From assembly GCA_963991775.1 (NCBI GenBank), contig CAXDRM010000003.1, positions 1-40,033 of the forward strand: a stretch of 40,033 bases of DNA, given 5' to 3'. The notes beneath the pieces were generated by a model that worked only from the letters and a program-made list of their open reading frames with translations, made no database searches and was not told the origin of the DNA. The stretch comes from an uncultured Rickettsiales bacterium (GTDB taxonomy: Bacteria; Pseudomonadota; Alphaproteobacteria; Rickettsiales; JABIRX01). The position numbers and the translations under genes were made by a program. Positions 39,491 through 40,033 of the stretch are shown here, in pieces (position 1 is the first letter of the stretch; every line of letters starts with the position of its first letter).

Positions 39491-39946
39491 CTATAATAAT
39501 TTATCCTTAGCAGCATTAAGCAAGCTAGCTAAATGTTTAGAGCCACCAACATCTGGGTGAGTAGTTTTCATTAATTTTTTATATTGCTTTTCGATTTCGG
39601 ATTTAGTTGCTCCTGGTTTTAGCCCTAAAATTTCTAATGCTTCTGCCTTACTCAAATTAACAGCAGATTTTTTATTAGTGTTAGCTGAGGCTTTTTTATA
39701 ACCAGAAAAATTTTGCGCCAACATGCGCAGCAACCCCATATTGCCAAGAAAAAATCTTGCAGCTTTAAATATAAAAGGCAAAGCAACCATTAAAGCAGCC
39801 ACAACTACCTGCCCAAAACGCAGAGCCAAAATAGCTAGCAAAGCAATTGCTGCTATCATAAAGAATCTACGCAATTTTTCTGGCTGATAATTTTTTAAAT
39901 AAAACCCTACTAAAATTAGAGCGATAATTAATATTAAGTAAATCAT
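39491..39946 (-). CDS. Membrane-anchored C-terminal J-domain protein (TimB/Pam18-like)
   Basis: Hydrophobic N-terminus, then EALEILGL...HPDVGGS...LNAAKDKL. ATG 39946 is preferred because the track's GTG 40003 lies inside a repeat. Confidence 0.88.
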   Translation of the reverse strand: MIYLILIIALILVGFYLKNYQPEKLRRFFMIAAIALLAILALRFGQVVVAALMVALPFIFKAARFFLGNMGLLRMLAQNFSGYKKASANTNKKSAVNLSKAEALEILGLKPGATKSEIEKQYKKLMKTTHPDVGGSKHLASLLNAAKDKLL

Positions 39947-39964
39947 ATAAAGCAAATCTTTAGT

Positions 39965-40012
39965 GGATCTCTCGGTACAATTTTTTTCTACGCAAAAAAT
40001 CACTCGAGAACC
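39965..40012 (+). repeat. REP-like element, full copy
   Basis: GGATCTCTCGGTACA-ATTTTTTT-CTACGC-AAAAAAT-CACTCGAGAACC. Confidence 0.9.
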
Positions 40013-40033
40013 TGATTAGTAATTTAGGTCCTT

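Noticed and set aside
39947-40003. In-frame repeat-encoded N-terminal extension of the J-protein (RPE-style coding insertion)
   Set aside because: It depends on a GTG inside the repeat; ATG 39946 gives a normal membrane-anchor start. No repeat was seen inside any confident CDS.

Overview
AT-rich, gene-dense chromosomal segment of an alphaproteobacterium that looks Rickettsiales-like. The inference rests on GapR, a TimB/Pam18-like J-protein, RPE-like palindromes and the pilin style. Unlike classic obligate intracellular Rickettsia, it keeps amino-acid and cofactor biosynthesis genes (hisG/hisD, trpF/B/A, trpD, lysC, leuB, ribE/ribB). Most of the window is housekeeping: glycine cleavage gcvT-H-PA-PB, hisG-hisD-truB-rpsO-pnp, miaA, ubiG, ubiX, mnmE, prs, rplY, pth, lpxB, dedA, tRNA-Pro(TGG) and tRNA-Arg(ACG). 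The accessory content is (i) a type IV filament (T4P/T2SS-like) locus with a GspL-like platform protein, an orphan ABC ATPase and three dispersed prepilins, one carrying a predicted LamG-like domain, (ii) a signal-peptide-bearing phytochelatin-synthase-family protein, and (iii) a dense set of non-coding structured repeats filling most large intergenic gaps. The repeats are the most unusual signal. A REP-like family and an RPE-like family share a stem-TCG...CTC-stem (GAG...CGA, tandem G.A) signature and keep base pairing while arm sequences change. They also nest inside one another, form conserved bipartite pairs, and bracket tRNA-Arg as an inverted pair. No transposase, CRISPR array or defence system was found. 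All calls are from reading the sequence; no database searches were run.
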